64,000 nucleotides of DNA from an uncultured Planctomycetales bacterium (GTDB lineage: Bacteria > Omnitrophota > Gorgyraeia > Gygaellales > Profunditerraquicolaceae): assembly GCA_964645795.1 (NCBI GenBank), contig CAZYCL010000008.1:8166-72165 (forward strand), given 5' to 3'. How positions within the stretch are numbered: position 1 is the stretch's first letter; the number at the start of each line of letters is the position of its first letter. Below are positions 48,566 through 57,426 of this stretch, piece after piece. Below the pieces are notes generated by a model. It was given only the letters and a program-made list of their open reading frames with translations. It was not told where the DNA came from and searched no databases. The position numbers and the translations under genes are program-made.

Positions 48566-49515
48566 TATTTGACTTCGCTTTCGTAAACTTCGATCTTGGC
48601 GTCGCGGGAGAGGTTGCCGATTATCTCCTCGACCTTCTGCTGCTGCTTTAGGAAAGTAAGCCCCTTCTTTATGTCGTCCCAGAGCTCTTTAAGGGTCTTG
48701 GCTTCTCCGCCGCGCTTGGCTTCCAATTTCAGGACATAGTAGCCGTCGGGGCCTTTGAATATATTGCTGATCTTACCTACATCGAGCGTCCCGGAAAAGG
48801 CAACGCTGTCAAACTTCGCAAACTTGGCTCCCGGGCTGATAAAACCGAGGTCTCCGCCGTCCTTGGCGCTGGGGGCAATGGACCTGTCTCTGGCTACCGC
48901 AGAAAAATCAGCGCCCTGCATCAGCTGGATGACGATATCCTTGGCGTCCGATTCATTGCGGACCACGATCTCGCGGACCTGCCTTTCTTCCGGCTCCCTC
49001 AACTCTTCTTTATAGGTATTGTAATACTCCTCGATGTCCTTGGAGCTGACATCCACCTGGGCGGTCTCCTGGCGCACCAGGTCAACCACCATAAGGTCCT
49101 GTTTGGTCTTCTCCAGGGCCCTCAGGATATCTTCCTGCCGGTCAAGGCCGCGGTCAAGCGCCGCCTGATATAGAAGGAGCTGGCGCACCTTCTGGTTCTT
49201 TAAATAATCGAGCTTCTGCTCGCGTGTCGTTATCTTGGCTTCGGGCCTGTCCGCGGGGACCATGGAGTTGAAAGTCTCTATCTCCTGGTTCAGGTCTTCC
49301 AGGCTTATCGGCATATTGTTGACCCTGGCGACTATCGGGCCCTTTACCGGCAGCGACGGGTACTCGCCCTTCGAGGAGACCTGGAGGGCGCCCTTGGAAG
49401 ACGTTTTCTTGCCGCCTAAATTTATGAGATTATCACAACCTGATATTAAAAACGCTGCGACTAAAATAAGTGCCGCGCCTAAAGTCGTGCTTTTCATCTG
49501 GTGCTCTCCTTTCAA
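48565..49515 (-). CDS. SurA/PrsA-like parvulin-type peptidyl-prolyl isomerase lipoprotein
   Basis: Lipobox LISGC. The PpiC domain is ...GADFSAVARDRSIAPSAKDGGDLGFISPGAKFAKFDSVAFSGTLDVGKISNIFKGPDGYYVLKLE. Confidence 0.65.
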   Translation of the reverse strand: MKGEHQMKSTTLGAALILVAAFLISGCDNLINLGGKKTSSKGALQVSSKGEYPSLPVKGPIVARVNNMPISLEDLNQEIETFNSMVPADRPEAKITTREQKLDYLKNQKVRQLLLYQAALDRGLDRQEDILRALEKTKQDLMVVDLVRQETAQVDVSSKDIEEYYNTYKEELREPEERQVREIVVRNESDAKDIVIQLMQGADFSAVARDRSIAPSAKDGGDLGFISPGAKFAKFDSVAFSGTLDVGKISNIFKGPDGYYVLKLEAKRGGEAKTLKELWDDIKKGLTFLKQQQKVEEIIGNLSRDAKIEVYESEVK

Positions 49516-49526
49516 AAATCTCTGTA

Positions 49527-49778
49527 TTATTTCTCCTGCCCCGGAGTTTTTTCCGTCAGTACCTTAGCCAATATACCGGCCATGCTCCCCACCAGCCAAA
49601 AGAAGAAAAACATAAACCCGTAGAAGAGTATCATTACGACTCCGACCCACGGGTTAGCGATGGGGGTGCGTCCGAAAATTACCGGGATGCCCGCAAAAAG
49701 CCCGAGCAATAAAAAAATGCAGCCCACGATTTTCACTATCAAGCTGGATGCCTTGAGAAACCGTAACTGCTGCATCAA
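49527..49778 (-). CDS. Small integral membrane protein (83 aa), function unknown
   Basis: ORF track. Two hydrophobic helices. First gene after the AT-rich intergenic region at 49779-49842. Confidence 0.45.
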   Translation of the reverse strand: MMQQLRFLKASSLIVKIVGCIFLLLGLFAGIPVIFGRTPIANPWVGVVMILFYGFMFFFFWLVGSMAGILAKVLTEKTPGQEK

Positions 49779-49842
49779 CCCTCCTAAAATTTTATTATAA
49801 TATTTTTAACATAAAGCCATGAGTAATGCAAGAGAAATTTAT

Positions 49843-51663
49843 TTATTTTAATTTTTTATAAAGTATCTCTATCCCGAAACCCTCGCGCTTAAAAGGCTCT
49901 TTACCGAAACGCTGCAAAAGAAGATAGTTATCCTTTATCCACCGGTAGAGCTTTCCGCCGTAGGCTTGGCAAAAATAATTATACCCGTGCGCCTCTATGG
50001 GGTAATCGATGACCACGATGTAATCCGGCCCGGAGCTGATAAATGCCGCCAGGATCGCAGCTTCACCGTAGATATTCAACTCCGCGGGCAAAAACGTGAG
50101 GTGGCCGGTGGGGTTAGAGCGGCGGCTAAGATAATTGAACATTGCGCCCTCCGGGAAAACTACCAAGCCCTGGCCTTCCCTGATCAGCTTGGCCGCAGTA
50201 TTCAGCGCGGAATTGACCAGCGCCCCTCTGGATATATCCCCATAATCAAGTATGAGGTCTGGGCCCTTGCCAACCGCGTAAGTCTTGGACAGGTAAAACC
50301 GGCAACTTCTAATGACAAAGCCGGAGGAGACAACTACCAGGAGGGCCAGACAAAGGATGCGCGCAAGGCGATAATTGCCGCGCGCCTTCTGTATGCCCAA
50401 AGGAAGGTAATGCGTAAAGGCGGCAGCGGCAACAAGGGCGGCAGGCATAGCCAGGGCAAACCCTATATGGAAGATATTGGCGTAAAAGATTATTTTAGCC
50501 AAAAGGAGCAGGGCAAATAATGCCATAACCGGCAGGGGCAGGAGCGCCTTTTGCCCTGCAGCGTCCATTCTTAAGCGCCAAAGCTTCAGGCTGTAACCGG
50601 CCAGCAGCGCTGCCATGATCAGCGGCAGCGGCATGCCGGCATAGATCAAGATATCTTTAGCCAGATAAAACCAGCCCACAAGGAGAAGAAGCAAAAACAA
50701 AGAACGGGCCAGATAAGCCTGCTTGTCCGCTGCGGTCAAGGGCCGCGCCCCGGGATTTACCCAAAAACAGCTAAGGCGGATAATCAAGGCTGTGCCGATA
50801 TACCAGCAACTCAAAAACAGGATCCGTATGATATTATCTTGAAAATGAGTAAGCCCCATTACATCCCTGTAGAACGGGCCGGAAGAGACGGAGCGCAGAA
50901 AAAGGTAGCTATAGGGCTGGGTCAGGAATTTTACGCTATCCATAAAGCTTGCGCGCAAACAAAATAACCCGACGCAGATAAATAGCGGCGTCAGGAGGCC
51001 GCAAAAGAATACCGCAGAGGCAGGCGCTATGCGTTTTACGCTCATCCTCTCAAAATAAAAAAGCAGGCAGAGCCCTGCGACAACGGCCGCAATGAGCGCC
51101 AGGAATATTTCCGGCTTGGTAAGGAATGCCAGGCCGCAAAGAATCCCGAGTAAGGCAATACGGTATACTGTCATTTTTCTGCATAAAAGAAGAAAAACGT
51201 ATATGGCGGCAAACGAGATAAGGATGCCGTGAGTGAGGGTATAGGTATAGGGGCAGACGTAATTGTAGTTGGCTATCCCGACATACTGCGAGAAGGCAAA
51301 AAGCGTCAAAAACAAAAGCAGGCAGGCGTGAGCGCTAACCCTGTCCAGAGATCGCGAGAAAAACTTAAATATGAGTACGGACAAGGCCACGATCAAAAAG
51401 ACGTTAAACCAGGCAAGGGTCAGGATGCCGGTGCCAAAAATTTTGAACACCAGGGCATGCATATACGCGGAGAGCGGGCCGAAGAGATAGGCGATATCCC
51501 TGTAGAGGAGCTTTCCGCAGTTGATCTGCCAGGGGATATAGGCCTCCCTGCCGAAATCCGTTATGATATCCGGCCACCTCTGCCAGCTTAAGGCCAGCAT
51601 AAAGATGCCGACAGCCAGGGGCATGAGTAATGCCGCGTATCTCTGCAGCTTGCTCTTATTCAT
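49843..51663 (-). CDS. Polytopic membrane protein (at least 12 TM helices) with a C-terminal soluble domain; possible GT-C-like glycosyltransferase or polymerase
   Basis: ORF track, 606 aa. Topology only; no motif I can name with confidence. Confidence 0.5.
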   Translation of the reverse strand: MNKSKLQRYAALLMPLAVGIFMLALSWQRWPDIITDFGREAYIPWQINCGKLLYRDIAYLFGPLSAYMHALVFKIFGTGILTLAWFNVFLIVALSVLIFKFFSRSLDRVSAHACLLLFLTLFAFSQYVGIANYNYVCPYTYTLTHGILISFAAIYVFLLLCRKMTVYRIALLGILCGLAFLTKPEIFLALIAAVVAGLCLLFYFERMSVKRIAPASAVFFCGLLTPLFICVGLFCLRASFMDSVKFLTQPYSYLFLRSVSSGPFYRDVMGLTHFQDNIIRILFLSCWYIGTALIIRLSCFWVNPGARPLTAADKQAYLARSLFLLLLLVGWFYLAKDILIYAGMPLPLIMAALLAGYSLKLWRLRMDAAGQKALLPLPVMALFALLLLAKIIFYANIFHIGFALAMPAALVAAAAFTHYLPLGIQKARGNYRLARILCLALLVVVSSGFVIRSCRFYLSKTYAVGKGPDLILDYGDISRGALVNSALNTAAKLIREGQGLVVFPEGAMFNYLSRRSNPTGHLTFLPAELNIYGEAAILAAFISSGPDYIVVIDYPIEAHGYNYFCQAYGGKLYRWIKDNYLLLQRFGKEPFKREGFGIEILYKKLK

Positions 51664-52496
51664 CGGTCATGAGAATCGGGGTTTTCCAGCACAAATACCG
51701 GCTCGGCAGCAGCCAGCGGCAGATCAAGCATGCTTTCTTCAAAACCGAACCTGTCCAATATTTTCCAGCCTTCCAAAAGCAGGGGCAGGCGCAGCTTTCC
51801 GTAAATCCGCCTGCTGTTCCATATGAGGGTATCTTTGCCGACGGGCACGGATAAAAAAAGCAGGCCGCCGGGCTTTATCATCAGCCTGGTCTTCTCCATC
51901 GCCTTCAGGTCGCCTAAAGGGTCGAGCTTTTCCCCGTACCTGCCCAAGCCGTCGTGCTCAAAAGAAGAGATGGAAAATGCCGCTTCGAACATCAGCGGAT
52001 CCCTGGCATACTCTTCTGTTGTCAAAAACCTTATGCGCGGGTCGCTGTTGATGATCCTGTTGTAATCTACGGTCGTGGGTATGCCTTTATAAAAGAGGCA
52101 GATGCTTTCATACCAGGGCGTAACCGAACCGATCACAACGACGGATTTGCCCCGGATGCCGTACTTATCCAGGGCCTGATAAAGGTAGCTGTCGGTTGCT
52201 CCGTAATAGAAGCGCTCTTTGTTTTCGATCTTACTCAGGTAATAATCGGTCCTCTGGGGGGTAAATACTATAGGGTCGTCCGGCCGGCGCGTGCCGTCCT
52301 CATACCAATACCGCAGCCTCACTTTGCCGCCCATAAGATACTGGCTAAACAGCCCCGGAGGGCAAAACAGGGGCGCAGGCTTCCTAATCCTGAGTATCGA
52401 TTTTATCAGGCTCCTTAAAACGACGCGCAGCATCTTGAACAATCGGGGCATATTAGAAAGGAATCTTATATCTCCGGCGGGATTATCGTTTTTCAT
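51660..52496 (-). CDS. DUF268-like putative SAM-dependent methyltransferase
   Basis: ...GKSVVVIGSVTPWYESICLFYKGIPTTVDYN...SISSFEHDGLGRYGEKLDPLGDLKAM... resembles the DUF268 / class I MTase fold. Overlaps the upstream gene by 4 nt (ATGA). Confidence 0.45.
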   Translation of the reverse strand: MKNDNPAGDIRFLSNMPRLFKMLRVVLRSLIKSILRIRKPAPLFCPPGLFSQYLMGGKVRLRYWYEDGTRRPDDPIVFTPQRTDYYLSKIENKERFYYGATDSYLYQALDKYGIRGKSVVVIGSVTPWYESICLFYKGIPTTVDYNRIINSDPRIRFLTTEEYARDPLMFEAAFSISSFEHDGLGRYGEKLDPLGDLKAMEKTRLMIKPGGLLFLSVPVGKDTLIWNSRRIYGKLRLPLLLEGWKILDRFGFEESMLDLPLAAAEPVFVLENPDSHDR

Positions 52497-52534
52497 AAAG
52501 ATAGTATATTATATCAAAGATTGGAAAGAATAAC

Positions 52535-52564
52535 AAAAAAAGGACGGTTTTTTGAGAACCGTCC
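52535..52564 (-). terminator. Rho-independent terminator (minus strand): 8-bp GC stem GGACGGTT/AACCGTCC followed by a U7 run
   Basis: Plus strand reads aaaaaaa-ggacggtt-ttttgag-aaccgtcc. On the minus strand the hairpin is followed by TTTTTTT. Confidence 0.7.
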
Positions 52565-52599
52565 TCGATATGCTGCCAGATCATCTAAAAGGTCGTCGC

Positions 52600-52710
52600 G
52601 AATTGTTGAGCGCCAAAATCTTTTATCCGGCGAAATCCCGCGCAAGCGGGAATCCCTTGCCTGCGAAGTCAACTGCAAAGCAGTTGACGAGCGTTTAGGC
52701 AAGGGAGAAC
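52600..52710. repeat. Structured palindromic repeat element, copy 1, downstream of tRNA-Glu
   Basis: cccttgcctgcgaagtcaactgcaaagcagttgacgagcgtttaggcaaggg plus ggctggtagccccaacc. Reverse-complement match to 56905-57005 over about 80 bp. Internal palindrome AACTGCAAAGCAGTT. Confidence 0.7.
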
Positions 52711-52847
52711 CGCTTAGGCTGGTAGCCCCAACCGGATGTTCCCGACCGAGCCTCTAGGCGAGGTCGGGATGCCGACCGAATAAAAGTGAGTGTCGGCAGA
52801 ACCGGTATGATTTTTGCCAAATGGTTTAATCTCGCGGCAAAAATCAT

Positions 52848-52922
52848 TAGCCCCAAGGGGATTTGAACCCCTGTTTAATGGCTGAGAACCATTCGTCCTA
52901 GACCAGGCTAGACGATGGGGCC
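52848..52922 (-). tRNA. tRNA-Glu (anticodon CUC)
   Basis: Minus strand: GGCCCCATCGTCTAGCCTGGTCTAGGACGAATGGTTCTCAGCCATTAAACAGGGGTTCAAATCCCCTTGGGGCTA. Cloverleaf has a 5-bp anticodon stem AATGG/CCATT, loop TTCTCAG and T-arm GGGGTTCAAATCCCC. Confidence 0.8.
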
Positions 52923-53029
52923 AGAGATTGATTTAGATAATAGCATATATTCCCGGGCGGTCAATAAATTTATTGCCCAATTATCCGCCCTGATATATAC
53001 TATAACTTCGAGAAAAGAACTATAAAAAT

Positions 53030-54247
53030 ATGATAGATATTGGCATAGGTATCAGCGAAGACGCTGACGCTGTGGCGGCGGCAAAAGAGGCGGCTAAAAC
53101 CGCCCTGCGCGCCTTTGCCCCTGCGGCAAAGATCGGCCTGGGCCTGGTCTTCTCGACCAAAAACCTTCCCGGGACACTCCTCTTAAAAACTATCCACAAT
53201 TATATCGAGGGCGTGCCGATACTAGGCTGCAGCGGCTCAGCGCTCATCTCTAACCACGGCATATTGAGGCAGGCGGTAGGGGTGCTGCTTCTGGGCTTTC
53301 CCAAGGGGGTGTACTTCAATACCGCGGCGGTCAAGGGGATAAAAGAGCTGGTCCCCGTCAAAGCCGGCGAACTCCTGGGAGACAAGCTCCTTTACGGCTG
53401 CCGCAACGTGCGCAGGGATTTCGGCATCATGTTCTCGGATGTCTCGGGCAACGAGCAGGCGGGGTTATTGAGCGGGCTTCAGGATAAGCTGGGCAGAAGC
53501 TTCCCTTTTGTCGGTGGATTTGTCGGTACCCCCGCTGACCCGCTGAAATCCCATATTTATTACAACCAGGAGCTACTGGCCGACTCCGCATCAGGCATCC
53601 TTGTCGGTGGAGGAAAGCTTTACTTTGGCTCGCGCATCCGCCACGGCTGGAAGCCCCTGGGTAAACCGCGGACCGTGACCTTCTCGCAAGGCAACGTCGT
53701 CTATGAGATAGACGGCGCGCCTGCGGCCAAGCTTTACGAGAACTATCTTGCCAAGGACATCGCCGAGCTTAAAAAGATCATCAACCGGATATCCGCGCTT
53801 TATCCGGTGGGCATCCATCTTGAAAACGAAAACAGCTATCTCTTGAGAAAAGTCGTCTCGATAGTAGAGAGCGGCGCCCTATTGTTCCAGGGGGAAGTGC
53901 CCCAGGGCAGCCAGATCAGGCTCATGATCGGCACCAGGGATTCGTGTCTTGAGGCGGTGCGCGAAGCGGCAGAGGAGGCAAAAAAAGAACTGTCAAATCA
54001 GGCCGCCGGCACAAAGAAAACTGACACAAGCAGATTTATACTCGTACTTGACTCCATATTCCGGCATATGCTCTTAAGCCGGCAGGCCCGCCAAGAGATC
54101 GAGATCATCCAGGCGGTATTCGGCAAGGATACTCCCATCATCGGCATATCCACCTCCAGCGAAGTAGCTTCTTTACAAACTCAAGGCTATCATGGTAAAG
54201 TATACTTCCATAACCAGTGCATTAACATAATGGCGGTTGAGGGCTAG
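53030..54247 (+). CDS. FIST-domain sensor protein (FIST_N + FIST_C)
   Basis: 405 aa. ...ILGCSGSALISNHGI...GFVGTPADPL...IYYNQELLADSASGILVGG..., typical of FIST signal-transduction sensor domains. Immediately upstream of a histidine kinase. Confidence 0.55.
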   Translation: MIDIGIGISEDADAVAAAKEAAKTALRAFAPAAKIGLGLVFSTKNLPGTLLLKTIHNYIEGVPILGCSGSALISNHGILRQAVGVLLLGFPKGVYFNTAAVKGIKELVPVKAGELLGDKLLYGCRNVRRDFGIMFSDVSGNEQAGLLSGLQDKLGRSFPFVGGFVGTPADPLKSHIYYNQELLADSASGILVGGGKLYFGSRIRHGWKPLGKPRTVTFSQGNVVYEIDGAPAAKLYENYLAKDIAELKKIINRISALYPVGIHLENENSYLLRKVVSIVESGALLFQGEVPQGSQIRLMIGTRDSCLEAVREAAEEAKKELSNQAAGTKKTDTSRFILVLDSIFRHMLLSRQARQEIEIIQAVFGKDTPIIGISTSSEVASLQTQGYHGKVYFHNQCINIMAVEG

Positions 54248-54255
54248 AAACGCAT

Positions 54256-55764
54256 ATGTGGGAGACATTCATAGCTTACGCCGGGGCGGCTGCGATAGCG
54301 GTGATCACGATACTGGTGATAGTCCTGGGCTTGAACATGTCCAAGAGCCAGGAGCTGCAAAAAACGCTAAAGGATATGAAAAGATCTCTGGATGAGATGG
54401 ATGAACAGGCCAAGCTCATCGTGCGCACGGATATGGAGCTCAACAAAACCCAGGAAGAGTTGGACAGGAAGATGTTCGGCCTTTACGGCCTGCAGGGACT
54501 TACCAAGGCCATAAGCAGCACGCTCGAAGAAAGCCAGATATTCAAGATGATAAAGCCCTCGTATCTGGAGGACCTGGGCTTTGAGAAAAGCTGCGCGTTC
54601 CTTTGGGATGAAGAAACTAAAGAATTCAATTGCGCCGTCGGGATAGGTTACGCCCCGGAGGAAACGGAAGGCATTAAGACCTATATCAGAGACCGCCGGG
54701 AGTTCTTCCTGGGCATGATGAAAGAAGAACGCACCTTCTCCTCGCTGTCCCTTCTCTCCGATACGAAAACACGCGATGAATTAAACCAGGTCTTCCGGGT
54801 AAAGTTCTTCGTGCTCTCTTCCATATTGCCCAAGGAGGGCAGCAGGGGTTTTATCTTCGTCGGGACCACTAATCCCGACACGGTCATCACCGAAGGAGAC
54901 GAAGAGCTGGTGACGATCCTGGCCAACAACCTCGGCCAGACTCTGGAGAATGCGCGGCTCTTTGAGAAGACCTGGAGGGCGCATCAGGACCTGGAAAGAA
55001 AGGTCGATGAGCGCACCCGCCAGCTAAGCCACGCGTTGGAAGAAGTCAAAAAGATCAGCCAGCGCAAGACCGACTTCATCTCCGCGGTATCGCACGAACT
55101 GCGCACGCCGCTTACCTCGGTAAAAGGGTATGCGGCAATCTTGCTGGCGGAGAAGCTCGGGCCGCTTCCCGAGCCGGCCAAAGAGAGGCTGGCTAAGATA
55201 AACCTGCACAGCGATGAGCTTGTGCATATGGTCAACGACCTTCTGGATATCGCCAGGATCGAGGCCGGCAAGACCGTAATGAAGCTGGAGGCCGAGAACA
55301 TCCGCAAGGTCATCGAAAGCGCATCCGACCTTATATCAATACAGTGCAAGAACAAGAATATCGACCTTGTGCTGGAGGTGCCGCATGAGCTGCCCTTGAT
55401 CATGCTCGACCACAGCCAACTGGAGCGCGTTTTCATAAATCTGCTTGGCAATGCCGTGAAGTTCACGCCCCAGAACGGGAAGATCTCCATCCGCGCCGCG
55501 GTAAACGGGCCGTCGATCCAGGTGGACATCGCGGATACGGGCATAGGCATGCCGAAAGAAGCGCAGGCCAAACTGTTCCAGGAGTTCTACCGAGTGGATA
55601 ACGAGATCAACGCCCAGGTCAAAGGCACGGGGTTGGGATTAGCCATGGTAAAACATATTATCGAGGCGCACCAGGGAAAGATCTGGGTAGACAGCGAGCC
55701 CGGAAAAGGGAGCACTTTCAGCTTCACCCTGCCGCTTAAATTCAATCAAGATATAAAGACATAA
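54256..55764 (+). CDS. Sensor histidine kinase (TM, coiled coil/GAF-like, HisKA, HATPase_c)
   Basis: H-box ISAVSHELRTPLTSVKGY; N/G boxes LLGNAVKFT...GTGLGLAMVKHIIEAHQGKIWVDSEPGKGSTFSFTLP. Confidence 0.85.
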   Translation: MWETFIAYAGAAAIAVITILVIVLGLNMSKSQELQKTLKDMKRSLDEMDEQAKLIVRTDMELNKTQEELDRKMFGLYGLQGLTKAISSTLEESQIFKMIKPSYLEDLGFEKSCAFLWDEETKEFNCAVGIGYAPEETEGIKTYIRDRREFFLGMMKEERTFSSLSLLSDTKTRDELNQVFRVKFFVLSSILPKEGSRGFIFVGTTNPDTVITEGDEELVTILANNLGQTLENARLFEKTWRAHQDLERKVDERTRQLSHALEEVKKISQRKTDFISAVSHELRTPLTSVKGYAAILLAEKLGPLPEPAKERLAKINLHSDELVHMVNDLLDIARIEAGKTVMKLEAENIRKVIESASDLISIQCKNKNIDLVLEVPHELPLIMLDHSQLERVFINLLGNAVKFTPQNGKISIRAAVNGPSIQVDIADTGIGMPKEAQAKLFQEFYRVDNEINAQVKGTGLGLAMVKHIIEAHQGKIWVDSEPGKGSTFSFTLPLKFNQDIKT

Positions 55765-55776
55765 GGGGCGCGGACA

Positions 55777-56712
55777 ATGCCTAAACCACGCATACTGATA
55801 GCCGACGACGACCCGGATATCCTCGATGTCCTGGAGATAACCTTAACGGAAGAGGATTACGAGATCGTCAAGGCCCACGACGGAGAAGAAGCGCTTAACA
55901 TCATACGCTCAAAGCCCCTTAACCTGGTGTTGGTCGATTATAATATGCCGAAGATGAACGGTAGGCAGGTCTGCAGCGAGGTAAAAAAAGACCTGCTGCT
56001 TTCTCATCTGCCGGTGATCATGGTCACCGGAAAAGGCGAGCTGGACGATAAGCTCAGCGGCATCAACGCCGGAGCGGACGATTATATAGTCAAGCCTTTC
56101 GAGCCCAAGGAGCTCTTGGCAAGGGTAAAGATGTGCCTGCGCCGCACGCAGCGCGACCTTGAAGCCAACCCCCTGACGAGGCTGCCCGGGAATGTGGCGA
56201 TACTGGAGGAGCTATCCCGGTGCCTGGAATCAAAAAAGCCTTTCGCGGTCTGCTACGCGGACCTTGATAAGTTCAAGTCTTACAATGATACCTACGGCTT
56301 TGAGCACGGGGACAATGTGATCCGGGAGACGGCGCGAATAATGCTGCGCTCAATCCAGGAAACAAAAAGGGCGGGGGATTTTGTCGGCCACATCGGGGGC
56401 GACGATTTCGTCATCGTCACCGTTCCCGAGGCCGCGGACAAGATCTGCCAGAAGATAATCGAGGAGTTCGAGAAGGTAGCGCCTACCTTTTATAACGAAA
56501 CCGACCGCAAAAACGGCTATATTATCGGCAAGGACCGCCAGGGAAACATCCAGAAGATACCGCTTCTTTCCATATCCATAGGCGTAGTCACCAACGAGAC
56601 AAGAAAGATCGACCACGTCGCCCAAATCGGCGAGATCGGCGCGGAGTTAAAGCACTACGCCAAAAGCCTGGAGAGAAGCAACTACATCAAAGACAAGCGT
56701 AAAGAAGTTTAG
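55777..56712 (+). CDS. Response regulator with REC domain plus GGDEF-type domain carrying a degenerate GGDDF site
   Basis: REC: ILIADDDPDILDVLE...LVLVDYNMPKMNG. GGDEF domain: LTRLPGN...DLDKFKSYNDTYGFEHGDNVI...HIGGDDFVIV. Confidence 0.8.
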   Translation: MPKPRILIADDDPDILDVLEITLTEEDYEIVKAHDGEEALNIIRSKPLNLVLVDYNMPKMNGRQVCSEVKKDLLLSHLPVIMVTGKGELDDKLSGINAGADDYIVKPFEPKELLARVKMCLRRTQRDLEANPLTRLPGNVAILEELSRCLESKKPFAVCYADLDKFKSYNDTYGFEHGDNVIRETARIMLRSIQETKRAGDFVGHIGGDDFVIVTVPEAADKICQKIIEEFEKVAPTFYNETDRKNGYIIGKDRQGNIQKIPLLSISIGVVTNETRKIDHVAQIGEIGAELKHYAKSLERSNYIKDKRKEV

Positions 56713-56838
56713 GGACGGTTCTCAAGACAATCTAAAAGTGTCCCCTTTGAAAGTAGGTACTCGGCCTTATCGGATAGGCCGGTGCCCGCTTTCTGCGGGA
56801 CAGTTCTAAATTAGATTGAGAACCGTCCCTTTTATTTC
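56712..56838 (+). terminator. Large structured terminator-like element: 14-bp outer stem GGGACGGTTCTCAA/TTGAGAACCGTCCC enclosing inner hairpins, followed by a T-run
   Basis: Starts 1 nt after the TAG stop of the regulator gene. The outer arms are at 56712-56725 and 56816-56829, followed by ttttatttc. It shares the 13-mer TTGAGAACCGTCC with the terminator at 52552-52564. Confidence 0.55.
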
Positions 56839-56904
56839 AAGGAAACTTAGGAATTTTTAACACCGCAATCAATAATTTAACGATACGGTGCGGTATGAAT
56901 CCCG

Positions 56905-57005
56905 TTGGGGCTACCAACCTCAGTAATTTTCCCTTGCCTAAACGCTCGTCAACTGCTTTGCAGTTTACTTAACAGGCAAGGGATTAATTCGCGCATTGAC
57001 TTATG
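56905..57005. repeat. Structured palindromic repeat element, copy 2, downstream of tRNA-Leu, in inverted orientation relative to copy 1
   Basis: cgttggggctaccaacc...cccttgcctaaacgctcgtcaactgctttgcagtttacttaacaggcaaggg is the reverse complement of 52600-52745 at high identity. Confidence 0.7.
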
Positions 57006-57043
57006 TCGCTGGCGCTCCATAAGTCAAGCGCTCATTAATTTAA

Positions 57044-57126
57044 TGCGAGGAGAGGGAGTTGAACCCTCACACCCTTGCGGGCAACAGCCCCTCAAACTGT
57101 CGCGTCTGCCATTCCGCCATCCTCGC
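57044..57126 (-). tRNA. tRNA-Leu (anticodon GAG), type II with long variable arm
   Basis: Minus strand: GCGAGGATGGCGGAATGGCAGACGCGACAGTTTGAGGGGCTGTTGCCCGCAAGGGTGTGAGGGTTCAACTCCCTCTCCTCGCA. Anticodon loop TTGAGGG, extra arm TGCCCGCAAGGGTG, T-arm GAGGGTTCAACTCCCTC. Confidence 0.8.
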
Positions 57127-57189
57127 GTTACTCGCTAGAGCTTATTCTATGCTTATTTAGCTGTCTGTAGCTTAAGATGTATCTAAGAC

Positions 57190-57330
57190 GTATTTAGCTG
57201 GTCAAATGACGCTCGCTCCTTAAGAGGGGGCAAGCCCCCTCTTAACGTCCCGACCGAGAGTTAGCGAGCGTCGGGACTGTTCTCCCCCATTCGCGGGGGC
57301 AGCGTCCCCCGCACCCCCTTGATGTTTTTA
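57190..57330. repeat. Cluster of GC-rich hairpins upstream of tRNA-Leu, including a CCCGACCGAG...GTCGGGA hairpin shared with 52738-52780
   Basis: AAGAGGGGGCAAGCCCCCTCTT; tcccgaccgagagttagcgagcgtcggga (compare gttcccgaccgagcctctaggcgaggtcggga at 52.74 kb); GCGGGGGcagcgtCCCCCGC. Confidence 0.55.
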
Positions 57331-57426
57331 GCAGCATTCAATCAGTTAGCTGCTGTCGCTACCGCTGAAAGCGGCAGTTGCAAAAACATTTTTCATAGTT
57401 TAGAACTTAGGGATGATAATTTTAGT

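Noticed and set aside
52521-52757. 78-aa ORF 52521..52757 and 77-aa ORF 56905..57138
   Set aside because: They coincide with the palindromic structured repeats and terminator next to the tRNAs. Arg/Ser-rich translations with no RBS; most likely non-coding.
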